From positions 8,318 through 51,531 of the forward strand of contig MHTJ01000002.1 in the NCBI GenBank assembly GCA_001823065.1: a stretch of 43,214 nucleotides of DNA, read 5' to 3'. A program made the position numbers and the translations under genes. The first letter of the stretch is position 1. Every line of letters begins with the position of its first letter. The notes beneath the pieces were generated by a model. That model was given only the letters and a program-made list of their open reading frames with translations. It did no database searches and had not been told where the DNA came from. Of the stretch, positions 8,081 through 15,997 are shown one piece after another. The stretch is from Candidatus Vogelbacteria bacterium RIFOXYD1_FULL_44_32. GTDB lineage: Bacteria > Patescibacteriota > Minisyncoccia > Phycocordibacterales > XYD1-FULL-46-19.

Positions 8081-8154
8081 TCCGCCCTCCACGATTCGAA
8101 CGTGGGACCCCAGAGGTATAAGCTCTGTGCTCTAACCAACTGAGCTAAGGGCGG
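8081..8154 (-). tRNA. tRNA with genomic anticodon TAT (tRNA-Ile-UAU type); CCA is not encoded
   Basis: The reverse complement folds as a cloverleaf:
- acceptor CCGCCCT/AGGGCGG;
- D-arm GCTC-AGTTGGTTA-GAGC;
- anticodon stem CAGAG/CTCTG with loop CT-TAT-AC;
- variable loop GGGTC;
- T-arm CCACG-TTCGAAT-CGTGG;
- discriminator A. Confidence 0.85.
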
Positions 8155-8189
8155 AAATATATTGATACTATAAGAGAAAGTGGGCCGAG

Positions 8190-8900
8190 TTACAAGACAA
8201 TCGAGTCGGTAATTGAATACTCTCCCACCTTAGTTCGCTTTATTTTATAAGCCAGCGCCGGTACATTTAAAACTTTGCCCAACTCTTCGGCCAAGACTCG
8301 CATATAGGTGCCAGATGAGGCCGAGATTGTTATCTTAACAACTGGAAACATTTGGTTATTATCAGCTAACCACTTTTGCCAACCAGTGGTGATTTTCGCT
8401 TGGCGAAAATCACCGATTACCTCCCCCACTCTTTTTTCAATATCAAGCAACAAATCAGGGGCCGAAATTTCAGTTTGGTCCGCAACTTGGACTGTAAAAA
8501 CTTCCACCTCTTTGGTAAATTCTTTGCCATCAATACCGGGGGCCGAATAGCGCGGGGCAGTTTGCCAGCGCCGGCTGACTAGGCCGGCGCTGGCTTTTTT
8601 GACTTCAGTTAAATCAATTTTCCCCAACTTAAACTCATTTACTAACCCAAGCACATCACCCGTATCAGTACCAACCCCCAACAAAATATCTACCTCATAA
8701 GTTTTAGGTAAATTTAAAAATTGTTCTTTACGCGCAATATCCTCCCCTGTCACCACCAACATCACTCCTTCGGCCAGCGGGTCCAGTCGACCAGCATAAG
8801 TCATTTTTTCTCTAATCAATTCCGCTTTACTAGTACGCAATTTTTCTAGTACCTCCAGTGGAGTGAGACCAGCTGGTTTGTAAATGTTAAAGATGGGCAT
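8190..8900 (-). CDS. truB: tRNA pseudouridine(55) synthase
   Basis: The 236-aa translation has the TruB-type catalytic motif (YAGRLDPLAEGVMLVV) and the typical N-terminal G.....KP.G.T pattern. Confidence 0.85.
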   Translation of the reverse strand: MPIFNIYKPAGLTPLEVLEKLRTSKAELIREKMTYAGRLDPLAEGVMLVVTGEDIARKEQFLNLPKTYEVDILLGVGTDTGDVLGLVNEFKLGKIDLTEVKKASAGLVSRRWQTAPRYSAPGIDGKEFTKEVEVFTVQVADQTEISAPDLLLDIEKRVGEVIGDFRQAKITTGWQKWLADNNQMFPVVKITISASSGTYMRVLAEELGKVLNVPALAYKIKRTKVGEYSITDSIVL

Positions 8901-8908
8901 AATTTAGA

Positions 8909-9020
8909 ACCACCGCATCAGCTTTGTGGAGACTAGGGAGCGCGACGGCGCGAGCTCGAGGAATCGCCACACCTCGCGAAGTGTGGCGATATCCGTATTT
9001 CACAAAGCTGATGCGGTGGT
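8909..9020 (-). repeat. Structured intergenic element E, a long hairpin filling the ftsH-truB gap
   Basis: A perfect 20-bp outer stem accaccgcatcagctttgtg / cacaaagctgatgcggtggt starts 2 nt after the ftsH stop and ends 8 nt before the truB ATG. The inner hairpin atcgccacac-N8-gtgtggcgat (8963-8990) has the same stem sequence as the hairpin in element C (38059-38086). Confidence 0.6.
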
Positions 9021-9022
9021 GA

Positions 9023-10966
9023 CTAGACAATAAGTTTTTTTTCAGTTACCACCTCCTCCGCTATCCTTTTATCTACTTTCGGTTCAATCCCATTGGCCTT
9101 TAGTAAAACTTCAAATTCTGCTCGTTCCAAAGTTTCGGTTCGCACCAATTCTTTAGACAAGGAATCCAGTGCCGCGCGATAGTTAGTTAAAACTTCCTGT
9201 GCCCGTGCCAAACCATTTTTCATCAGCGCCGACACCTCCTCGTCTATAATAGCCCAAGTCGCTTCCGAGGCACTTTTTTCCGCTAGTGGCACTTCCCCAA
9301 TATGGGAAACCGTGCCCACCCCAAAATCGATCGGCCCCACTTTTTCACTCATCCCATAGCGAGTAACCATGGCGCGAGCCAGCGATGTCGCCACTTGAAT
9401 ATCATTGGAAGCACCCGTCGTAATATCACCAAAAATCATCTGTTCCACGGCATAGCCACCGAGCGACACCGCAATATCATCCAAAAATTCATTTTTAGAA
9501 TTTAATTTTTTATCTTCAATCGGCAGTTTCAAAGTGTAACCAGCGGCATGGCCCCGCGAAATAATGGACACTTTGTGCACTGGGTCCGCGTGCGGCAAGA
9601 CCGAAGCGATCAGGGCATGGCCAATTTCGTGGTAAGCGGTAATTTCTTTTTCCTTCTCCGACAAAATATGACTCTTTCTTTCCGGCCCCAGCATTACCTT
9701 TTCCACACTCCGCACCAAGTCATATTGGCCAACAGTTTTGCGGTCTTCGCGCGCCGCCAAAATAGCCGCTTCATTCATCAGGTTAGCTAGGTCCGCCCCC
9801 GAAAAACCCGGGGTACGCTGGGCAATGACCCGGATATTTACATCTTCAGCCAGTGGCTTTTTGGTGGCGTGAATTTTTAAAATCGCTTCGCGGTCGTTTA
9901 TATCGGGTGCATCCAAAATAACCCGCCGGTCAAACCGCCCGGGACGCAAAAGCGCTTTATCTAAAACATCGGGCCGATTGGTCGCGGCCATCACTATCAA
10001 TTTCTCGGTTGGCTCAAAACCATCCATCTCCACCAAAATTTGATTCAAAGTTTGCTCTCGTTCATCATTGCCCCCACCCATCCCCGAGCCACGATGACGA
10101 CCAATGGCATCTATTTCATCAATAAAAATAATGGCGGGAGCGGCATTTTTCGCCATTTTAAACAAATCACGCACACGCGAGGCCCCCACCCCGACAAACA
10201 TTTCCACAAATTCCGAACCAGACAAATAGAAAAATGGCACATGAGCCTCACCGGCGACAGCTCGCGCTAACAAAGTTTTCCCCGTCCCCGGCGCCCCCAT
10301 TAGAAGTGCCCCTTTGGGAATGCGCGCCCCGATTTCTAAAAACTTTTTCGGGTTTTTCAAAAAATCGACAATTTCTAAAAGCTCTTCTTTGGCCTCGCGG
10401 TTGCCAGCGACATCTTTAAACATTACTTTTTGACTACTGTCGTTGGGGTCAATAATCCGCGCCCGCGATTGGCCAAAAGTAAAAGCCTGCATCGAAGCGC
10501 CTTTCATTTGGCGAGAAATCAACCATAAAAATAAAAGGAGAAAAAGAATTGGAATAACAAAAGGCAACAAATTTAAAATCCAATAGCCCCAACCGGTATT
10601 ATTGGCAATTTCAACCCGAGTGGCCGTAATTTTTTCAGGTTTGACGCCATAATCTAGCAAGGCCGCCACCAGAGAACTTTCACTTTCTTTTTTAGATTTA
10701 ACAATAGTTTTATCCTTTAAAACAACTTCCAACTTATCCCCCACCACTTTGACACTTTCCACTTGCCCCCCTTGAATTTTATTAGCCAAATCTGAAAAAG
10801 GAATTTCTATAGTTTCTTTTTTATTTTCCACCAATGCCGAATAGCCGGCGACCAAAAGCACGAGAAAAAACAAAGCAATCATAATTTGCCCTAAAAACTG
10901 ACCCGAGGCCCCGAGGCGGAAGCGACCCTTAGTCTCCTTTTTTGGTTTTTGACCCTTATTTTTCAT
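9023..10966 (-). CDS. ftsH: ATP-dependent zinc metalloprotease FtsH
   Basis: The 647-aa ORF has an N-terminal TM pair, an AAA+ Walker A ([18 protein letters not shown]), Walker B (IIFIDEIDA), a second region of homology and an HEIGHA zinc site. Confidence 0.95.
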   Translation of the reverse strand: MKNKGQKPKKETKGRFRLGASGQFLGQIMIALFFLVLLVAGYSALVENKKETIEIPFSDLANKIQGGQVESVKVVGDKLEVVLKDKTIVKSKKESESSLVAALLDYGVKPEKITATRVEIANNTGWGYWILNLLPFVIPILFLLLFLWLISRQMKGASMQAFTFGQSRARIIDPNDSSQKVMFKDVAGNREAKEELLEIVDFLKNPKKFLEIGARIPKGALLMGAPGTGKTLLARAVAGEAHVPFFYLSGSEFVEMFVGVGASRVRDLFKMAKNAAPAIIFIDEIDAIGRHRGSGMGGGNDEREQTLNQILVEMDGFEPTEKLIVMAATNRPDVLDKALLRPGRFDRRVILDAPDINDREAILKIHATKKPLAEDVNIRVIAQRTPGFSGADLANLMNEAAILAAREDRKTVGQYDLVRSVEKVMLGPERKSHILSEKEKEITAYHEIGHALIASVLPHADPVHKVSIISRGHAAGYTLKLPIEDKKLNSKNEFLDDIAVSLGGYAVEQMIFGDITTGASNDIQVATSLARAMVTRYGMSEKVGPIDFGVGTVSHIGEVPLAEKSASEATWAIIDEEVSALMKNGLARAQEVLTNYRAALDSLSKELVRTETLERAEFEVLLKANGIEPKVDKRIAEEVVTEKKLIV

Positions 10967-10995
10967 AAAGTTCGTTCATTATAACCAAAGTCGGC

Positions 10996-11030
10996 CAAAA
11001 AGAAAGGCGTCCGCTCGGGCGCCTTTCTCT
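10996..11030 (-). terminator. Intrinsic terminator downstream of the small membrane protein gene
   Basis: The minus strand reads agaaaggcgcccgagcggacgcctttct followed by ttttt. Confidence 0.7.
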
Positions 11031-11043
11031 GACCAAATTTGGC

Positions 11044-11265
11044 CTAATTTAGCTTTACCCCTTCGCCTGGTATGGGAATTGCAGGAGTATAGTCGGCCTC
11101 TTCACTAGTATTGGTTACCTCTTGTCCCTCACCCAAGAAGTCATTGCTAGCCACCTCGGGTAAACCAATCATAAAAATAATCACTGCCACAAACACTGCA
11201 ATAATCACCCCAATCGCTACCCCCACCGGATAGTCCCCCTCACCTGAAAATTTTGATGTTTCCAT
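11044..11265 (-). CDS. Small single-pass membrane protein
   Basis: The ORF runs 11044-11283, with a likely start at the internal METSKF (ATG at 11265). It has one TM helix (VGVAIGVIIAVFVAVIIFMIGL) and an acidic C-terminal tail. I recognise no family. Confidence 0.45.
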   Translation of the reverse strand: METSKFSGEGDYPVGVAIGVIIAVFVAVIIFMIGLPEVASNDFLGEGQEVTNTSEEADYTPAIPIPGEGVKLN

Positions 11266-11338
11266 ATGTATATTTAGATTCAAATTTTGTCCTTCCGACC
11301 TTTTACTATCTTACCAGTATTATTCATTTTAGCCCAGA

Positions 11339-11381
11339 AAAAACAAAAAAAGAGGCAGTGGGCTTGGGGGCCCACCACCTC
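11339..11381 (-). terminator. Intrinsic terminator downstream of the DoxX-like gene
   Basis: The minus strand reads gaggtggtgggc-ccccaa-gcccactgcctc followed by tttttttgtttttt. Confidence 0.75.
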
Positions 11382-11449
11382 CGCGGAAGGAGAAACGCCA
11401 CAAGGGCGCTCATCTATATAAATATCATATCCTAATATTTAAGTCAAAT

Positions 11450-11986
11450 TTAATTTTTCCTCCGCCAAGGTACCCCCAGCTTGGGTAAAAGATATTTATC
11501 TACTCCCCAGTAGCCCGCTACCCGCCATGCCAACACCAATAAAATACTAAGGGCAAATAAAATCGGGTTTATACTAAGCGCACCCGCCAGCATAAAATTC
11601 ATATTCATAAAGAGACCAACAAAAGCCGAGATACCAGTAAAAAGTCCAATGATTAGCGCCCCACCTACCAGCACTTCGCCCCACGCCACCAGGTGGGCCC
11701 AAGTCCCGACATAAGGCAAAACCATATTTTGTAAAAAATCCGCATACCAACCCGAAACATCAGGGTGGGCCCCGGCAGTTTTAGCTAAAGCACCATTAAT
11801 AAATCCAGCGAGGGCGGTGCCCGCCTCATCACCGACCCATTTGGGATTGACTATTTTCCCCAACCCAGCCGAAAGCCAGGCCCAGCCGACATACAGCCGG
11901 ACCGCTAGCCACAGCGGTGCCATTACGGTATTGGAAAATAAAAATCGAGCTAAAGGCGATTCGGAAATTGAAATATATTTAGACAT
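11450..11986 (-). CDS. DoxX/DoxD-like integral membrane protein
   Basis: The 178-aa ORF has about four TM helices. The N-terminal pattern (LAVRLYVGWAWLSAGLGKI) is typical of the DoxX family. Confidence 0.6.
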   Translation of the reverse strand: MSKYISISESPLARFLFSNTVMAPLWLAVRLYVGWAWLSAGLGKIVNPKWVGDEAGTALAGFINGALAKTAGAHPDVSGWYADFLQNMVLPYVGTWAHLVAWGEVLVGGALIIGLFTGISAFVGLFMNMNFMLAGALSINPILFALSILLVLAWRVAGYWGVDKYLLPKLGVPWRRKN

Positions 11987-12020
11987 AAATATATTCTAAC
12001 AAGATAAAAACTTTTACCAA

Positions 12021-12062
12021 AGAAAAAGCCCAGGCAAATGTGGGGAGACACATTTGCCTGGG
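12021..12062 (-). terminator. Orphan intrinsic terminator (minus strand) with no annotated gene upstream of it
   Basis: The hairpin cccaggcaaatgtg-tctccc-cacatttgcctggg has a 14-bp stem and is followed on the minus strand by ctttttctt. On the minus strand it lies downstream of the 180-nt ORF-poor segment 12063-12243. Confidence 0.6.
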
Positions 12063-12243
12063 ACAACTTGGGGTTGAGGAGCGGTTATAAAATTTTATTT
12101 ATTCATATCTCTGTCCTCCCGCTAAAGCCATATATCGCCCATTCGAGCGATTTCTAATATCTATTCAATACTTACTGAAACCAAAATGCAAGCACTGAAG
12201 CAACTGGTACCCAAGTGGTGAAATTCATTGTAATATTAGTTGT

Positions 12244-12687
12244 ATGGAGGGAATAAAAAACAAAAAGGCATTTTTCAATTATGAAATCACCGAGAAATAC
12301 ACCGCCGGCGTCGAGCTTTTAGGTTTGGAAGTAAAATCGGTCAAAAATGGCCATGGCTCACTGGAGGGGGCATATGTCATTCTCCGCGGGGGTGAAGCCT
12401 TTCTTACCGGTGCGACTATTCCTCCCTACCAGCCAAGCAATAGCCCCGATGACTATGACCCGATGCGGGTCCGCCGGCTGTTGTTACAGAAAAAAGAGCT
12501 AAAGGAGCTGGAGGAAGCCAGCCAGACCGCTGGCTTGACAATAGTACCTTTGGGGATGTATAATAAGGGGAGATATGTGAAAGTGGATATTGCCATTGGT
12601 CGCGGTAAAAAGAAATTTGATAAACGGGAAACGATAAAAAAACGGGACACCGACCGTGATATCCGTCGCACTTTGAAAAGAAAATAA
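12244..12687 (+). CDS. smpB: SsrA-binding protein SmpB
   Basis: The 147-aa translation reads KNKKAFFNYEI...EAGVELLGLEVKS...GAYV, with a C-terminal basic tail. It sits immediately upstream of the tmRNA gene. Confidence 0.95.
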   Translation: MEGIKNKKAFFNYEITEKYTAGVELLGLEVKSVKNGHGSLEGAYVILRGGEAFLTGATIPPYQPSNSPDDYDPMRVRRLLLQKKELKELEEASQTAGLTIVPLGMYNKGRYVKVDIAIGRGKKKFDKRETIKKRDTDRDIRRTLKRK

Positions 12688-12758
12688 AAAGCCCGGTCCT
12701 TCGCCTAAAGCCTGTTTACATTTGTTCGCCCGAACAAATTTTACTAAATGTGTTTTAG

Positions 12759-13137
12759 GGGGATGATCGGCCTAGACATTGATGCTCGCTTACTCGTGCG
12801 TTCCGAGGATGTTTGTTGCCTCGTAAATCACGCAAACAAAACTTAAGTGTAAAAAACACTGGGTCGGTGGCAACACCGTACTTTACTCCAGCTTTCGCTT
12901 TAGCGTAATGGCTGGTGTCCAGCCGTAGCCGCGCCTTGCCGTGCGGCCTGGGCATAATATCTGCAAGGATAGGTCCCGTGGTCTGTTTCGCCACCCGACC
13001 GAACTAATAGAAACTTTGATTGGCTAAGATTTGGACTGTTTTATACTTAGCCCGTCGAGAACCTAAAGCAGTCTACGACCGTAGACGCGTTTAAGCATCA
13101 TCTCTGCACCCGGGTTCGATTCCCGGCATCTCCACCA
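12759..13137 (+). ncRNA. ssrA: tmRNA (transfer-messenger RNA)
   Basis: The 5' GGGGATG pairs with the 3' CATCTCC-A-CCA, including the G3.U70 alanine identity pair. A T-arm GGGTTCGATTCCC is present. The candidate tag frame is GCA ACA CCG TAC TTT ACT CCA GCT TTC GCT TTA GCG TAA (12870-12908), giving ATPYFTPAFALA*. The gene is adjacent to smpB. Confidence 0.93.
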
Positions 13138-13149
13138 AATTTGACACAA

Positions 13150-13183
13150 AAACTCCAGAAGATGTTCTGGAGTTTTTGTTTTT
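13150..13183 (+). terminator. Intrinsic terminator of ssrA
   Basis: The hairpin actccagaa-gatg-ttctggagt is followed by ttttgttttt. Confidence 0.75.
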
Positions 13184-13271
13184 ACTCAAATAGGAGTAAT
13201 ATACCGCCTAGAGCTATTCCCTATCAGGAGCAGACATTACGGTGCTTAGCACCAGAAAGTCGAGGTCTATC

Positions 13272-13655
13272 ATGGCGGCAAAAGTGAGTCTGAATTTTGG
13301 GGATGACCACGATAAGATCCCCATCGACAAGTCGTCCGATTTCTTTCAAGGCTGTGTTGACGCTTTTAAAGACATGGGGCTGGAAAAGACCCGGTTTAAA
13401 AAGCTAGTTGATCTTGTGAACGTCGTTCGTATCTACCCAAACCAAGGAGGAATGTCGAACGGACAAATCGTCATCGACGTCATCGTGGGGTGGCAGGGCA
13501 ATAAGAAGAACGAGAGCTTCATTGTGCACCTGGACAGCGAGGACATCCGAAAAAAAGTAAGCGCCGGTATCGTCCAGCTTACAAAAAAGCTGGCCAAGAG
13601 CATCCGAGACGAACTTAAGGAGCAGGTTGAAGAATTCTCCACCAGGCTGACTTGA
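13272..13655 (+). CDS. Hypothetical protein (SD-led, GC-rich cassette)
   Basis: The ORF starts at GTG 13242, but the ATG at 13272 is preceded by GAGGT at 5-nt spacing. A hand count of line 13441 gives 34/60 GC. It has no TM segment and I recognise no family. Confidence 0.5.
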   Translation: MAAKVSLNFGDDHDKIPIDKSSDFFQGCVDAFKDMGLEKTRFKKLVDLVNVVRIYPNQGGMSNGQIVIDVIVGWQGNKKNESFIVHLDSEDIRKKVSAGIVQLTKKLAKSIRDELKEQVEEFSTRLT

Positions 13656-13669
13656 TCAACAAATTCCCC

Positions 13670-13715
13670 GCCCCGACCGAAGAGCCCCGCTCTTCCGAGT
13701 CGGGGCTTTTTTTTT
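13670..13715 (+). terminator. Intrinsic terminator T1
   Basis: The sequence gccccgac-cgaagagccccgctcttccga-gtcggggc is followed by ttttttttt. It shares CGAAGAGCC...GAGTCGGGGCTTTT with terminator T2 at 14119-14151. Confidence 0.8.
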
Positions 13716-13817
13716 GTCTAATTAAACTCCCCCCAAATTTTTTTAGTTTATATTTTGACTAAATACAGACTAAGTGTTAGTTTCAGGTGAGTCTTGAACA
13801 CTAACAGGAGAAATCTG

Positions 13818-14096
13818 ATGCCTAAAGATAGTGCTATGCCCCAACCCAGTTTCGTCGACTGGGCCACACAGATATTCATTGATGATGCAGAGGCAGACGG
13901 ACACATGCCTCTTCTCCTGGAAACCCTGGAGAAGGAGAGCGAAAGCCAGTGGGTCAAAAGAGTTTCTCCTGTCATGGAGGGTCTCCACTTGAACTATGTC
14001 TTCAAAGTTGGCAGCCTCTCCATCTACAACACAAACGAAGTCGCCATCGAAATTTTCAACGCACTCAAGGCGCGATTATTAGTAGTCACTCCCTGA
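13818..14096 (+). CDS. Hypothetical protein (SD-led cassette)
   Basis: The ORF starts at 13794, but the ATG at 13818 is preceded by CAGGAG at 7-nt spacing. The 92-aa product is acidic and I recognise no family. Confidence 0.5.
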   Translation: MPKDSAMPQPSFVDWATQIFIDDAEADGHMPLLLETLEKESESQWVKRVSPVMEGLHLNYVFKVGSLSIYNTNEVAIEIFNALKARLLVVTP

Positions 14097-14118
14097 CTCA
14101 CTATATGTCGCCCGAAGA

Positions 14119-14151
14119 GCCTCGACTCTCGAGTCGGGGCTTTTCTTTTTT
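14119..14151 (+). terminator. Intrinsic terminator T2
   Basis: The hairpin gcctcgact-ctcg-agtcggggc is followed by ttttctttttt. It is homologous to T1. Confidence 0.75.
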
Positions 14152-14186
14152 ATATATTCCGAAGCCCTAGTACTGCTATAATACTA

Positions 14187-15110
14187 ATGATGAAAAAATA
14201 TATTAGCCTGGTTATTGTTTTACTCGTTGTCCTAATTTTAGTTATCTTTTTCTTTCCCGCTCATATTACTGCCAAAATATTAAACCAAACCGCCAGCGTC
14301 TTTTTTATAGACAGTGTCACCACCAAGAATCTGCGCCAAAAATATGAAGACGAAAAACCAATCAAGATTTTAGTGGTGCCTGGCCACGACCCATCTTCCT
14401 ACGGCACAATTGACCAGGGGGTGCGTGAGCTAGACCTCAATCTCGAGCTTGGGCGGTATTTAGCCGAGCGCCTCGAGCGCGACGAGCGCTTCGAGGTGAC
14501 GCTCGCCCAGACCAAAGACGGCTTTCTCCCCGCCCTAGCTGAATATTTTGAACAAGAGAAAAATTTGATTTGGCAATTTAGACAAAAGAAGGCCGAGATT
14601 ATGAATGCCCTGGTCGGTGAAGGCAAAGTGACCAGAGAAAGTGTCGTCGACCATATTTCCGCTTCTAATGACACAGCCTTGAAACTTTATGGCATCAATC
14701 ATTGGGCCAATGAAAATAAGATTGACCTGGTGATTCATATTCACTTCAACGACTATCCCGGGCGCAGACAAGATGTGGTCCCAAAATACACTGGCTATGC
14801 CATCTATTTACCCGAACATCAATACTCTAATTCAAAAGCTAGTTGGGACATCGGCCAAGATATTGCCGACCGCCTGAGCACCAAATTCCCCTCGAGCAAC
14901 CACCCAAAAGAAACGGCGGTCCTCATCCCCGACCAAGAGCTGATTGCCATTGGGGCTTTTAACACCCTTGACGCCACTTCGGTCCTGGTCGAATACGGCT
15001 ATATCTACGAACCAAGCTATGCCCCCGCGACCCCGGCCGACCGTAGCCAAAACCTGAAGCAACTAGCCCGCCTAACCGCCAGCGGCGTCGAAGATTTTTT
15101 TAAAGACTAG
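14187..15110 (+). CDS. Membrane-anchored N-acetylmuramoyl-L-alanine amidase-like protein (Amidase_3-like)
   Basis: It has an N-terminal TM helix. The pattern ILVVPGHDPSSYG...E.DLNLELGRYL...DLVIHIHFND...YAIYLP...SVLVEYGYI fits the zinc amidase fold. TATAAT at 14177-14182 lies only 4-7 nt from the tandem ATGs, suggesting a leaderless mRNA. Confidence 0.55.
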   Translation: MMKKYISLVIVLLVVLILVIFFFPAHITAKILNQTASVFFIDSVTTKNLRQKYEDEKPIKILVVPGHDPSSYGTIDQGVRELDLNLELGRYLAERLERDERFEVTLAQTKDGFLPALAEYFEQEKNLIWQFRQKKAEIMNALVGEGKVTRESVVDHISASNDTALKLYGINHWANENKIDLVIHIHFNDYPGRRQDVVPKYTGYAIYLPEHQYSNSKASWDIGQDIADRLSTKFPSSNHPKETAVLIPDQELIAIGAFNTLDATSVLVEYGYIYEPSYAPATPADRSQNLKQLARLTASGVEDFFKD

Positions 15111-15148
15111 CCTGATGGTGCCAAAGGCCCAGGTGTGACAATTTTGAG

Positions 15149-15793
15149 TTGACTTCCCCTCCATTTTCCGTTACTATTACCCCCGTATCTAGCAAACCGC
15201 TAGATGTTAATTTAAAACCTTTTTTGAGCAAATTTGTCCGTCTAAATCACCAAATCACCGCTTCTGAGCTCCGCGTTATCGACGTAGAGGGGCAGGCGCT
15301 GGGGGTTATTTCCAAAGAAGAGGCCCTAAAAAAAGCGGAGGAAGTTGGCTTTGATTTGATTGAAATATCACCCAATGCCAACCCGCCCGTGGCCAAGATA
15401 ATGGACTACGGCAAGTGGCAGTATGAGGAAAACCGCAAGGCCAAAGTGGCTAAGGCGGGCTCTAAAGCCACCGAGACCAAGTCCCTGCAGGTGAAGATTG
15501 GGACTGGTGACCATGATCTAGAGCTCAAAGCAAAAAAAGCCGGCGAGTGGCTAAAAGACGGTCACCGGGTGAAAATCGAGCTTTTCGTTTCCGGCCGAGC
15601 CAAATACTTTGACCCCAAATTTCTCGAAGAGCGACTCGACCGTATCCTCCGCCTTATCCCCGAGGATTACAAAGTGGCCGAGCCCACCAAACGCGGACCA
15701 AAGGGACCATATCTAGTGGTAGAAAGAAATAAAGCTGCTAAAAAAGAAACGGAACCTGAAACCCAAGAACCAAAACAAAATGAAAACCAATAA
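15149..15793 (+). CDS. infC: Translation initiation factor IF-3
   Basis: The translation contains LNHQITASELRVIDVEGQALGVISKEEALKKAEEVGFDLIEISPNANPPVAKIMDYGKWQYE, and the gene is followed by rpmI-rplT. The true start is uncertain: there is no ATG, and candidates are TTG at 15149, ATT at 15176 and TTG at 15224. IF-3 genes classically use unusual start codons. Confidence 0.88.
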   Translation: MTSPPFSVTITPVSSKPLDVNLKPFLSKFVRLNHQITASELRVIDVEGQALGVISKEEALKKAEEVGFDLIEISPNANPPVAKIMDYGKWQYEENRKAKVAKAGSKATETKSLQVKIGTGDHDLELKAKKAGEWLKDGHRVKIELFVSGRAKYFDPKFLEERLDRILRLIPEDYKVAEPTKRGPKGPYLVVERNKAAKKETEPETQEPKQNENQ

Positions 15794-15977
15794 ATCATAT
15801 TCCAAGCGAATTAAAATGACCAAGACTGGAAAACTGGTCGCTAGAAAACCGGGCAAAAATCATTTCAATGCCAAAGAAAGCCGGTCTTCGCAATTGGCTG
15901 GTAAGCGGAGCCAGACTATTAATATGGTGGCTAAAACTTCCAGTCGAATGTTCCCAGGACGCAAGACAAGTAATTAA
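15780..15977 (+). CDS. rpmI: 50S ribosomal protein L35
   Basis: The 65-aa basic protein begins MKTNKSYSKRIKMTKTGKLVARKPGKNH. It overlaps the infC stop by 14 nt. Confidence 0.9.
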   Translation: MKTNKSYSKRIKMTKTGKLVARKPGKNHFNAKESRSSQLAGKRSQTINMVAKTSSRMFPGRKTSN

Positions 15978-15997
15978 TATTTTTAAAAGATACTACT

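Noticed and set aside
7940-8143. A 67-aa plus-strand ORF, and the idea of a second tRNA in the tRNA trailer because of the GTTCGAATC motif at 8043-8051.
   Set aside because: - The ORF overlaps the tRNA and the structured trailer.
- The T-loop-like motif lacks a complementary T-stem (tcgag versus cgtgg) and an acceptor stem.
- It is better explained as an inverted partial copy of the real T-arm.
12755-12994. A 79-aa minus-strand ORF.
   Set aside because: It lies entirely inside the tmRNA gene on the opposite strand and has no independent support.
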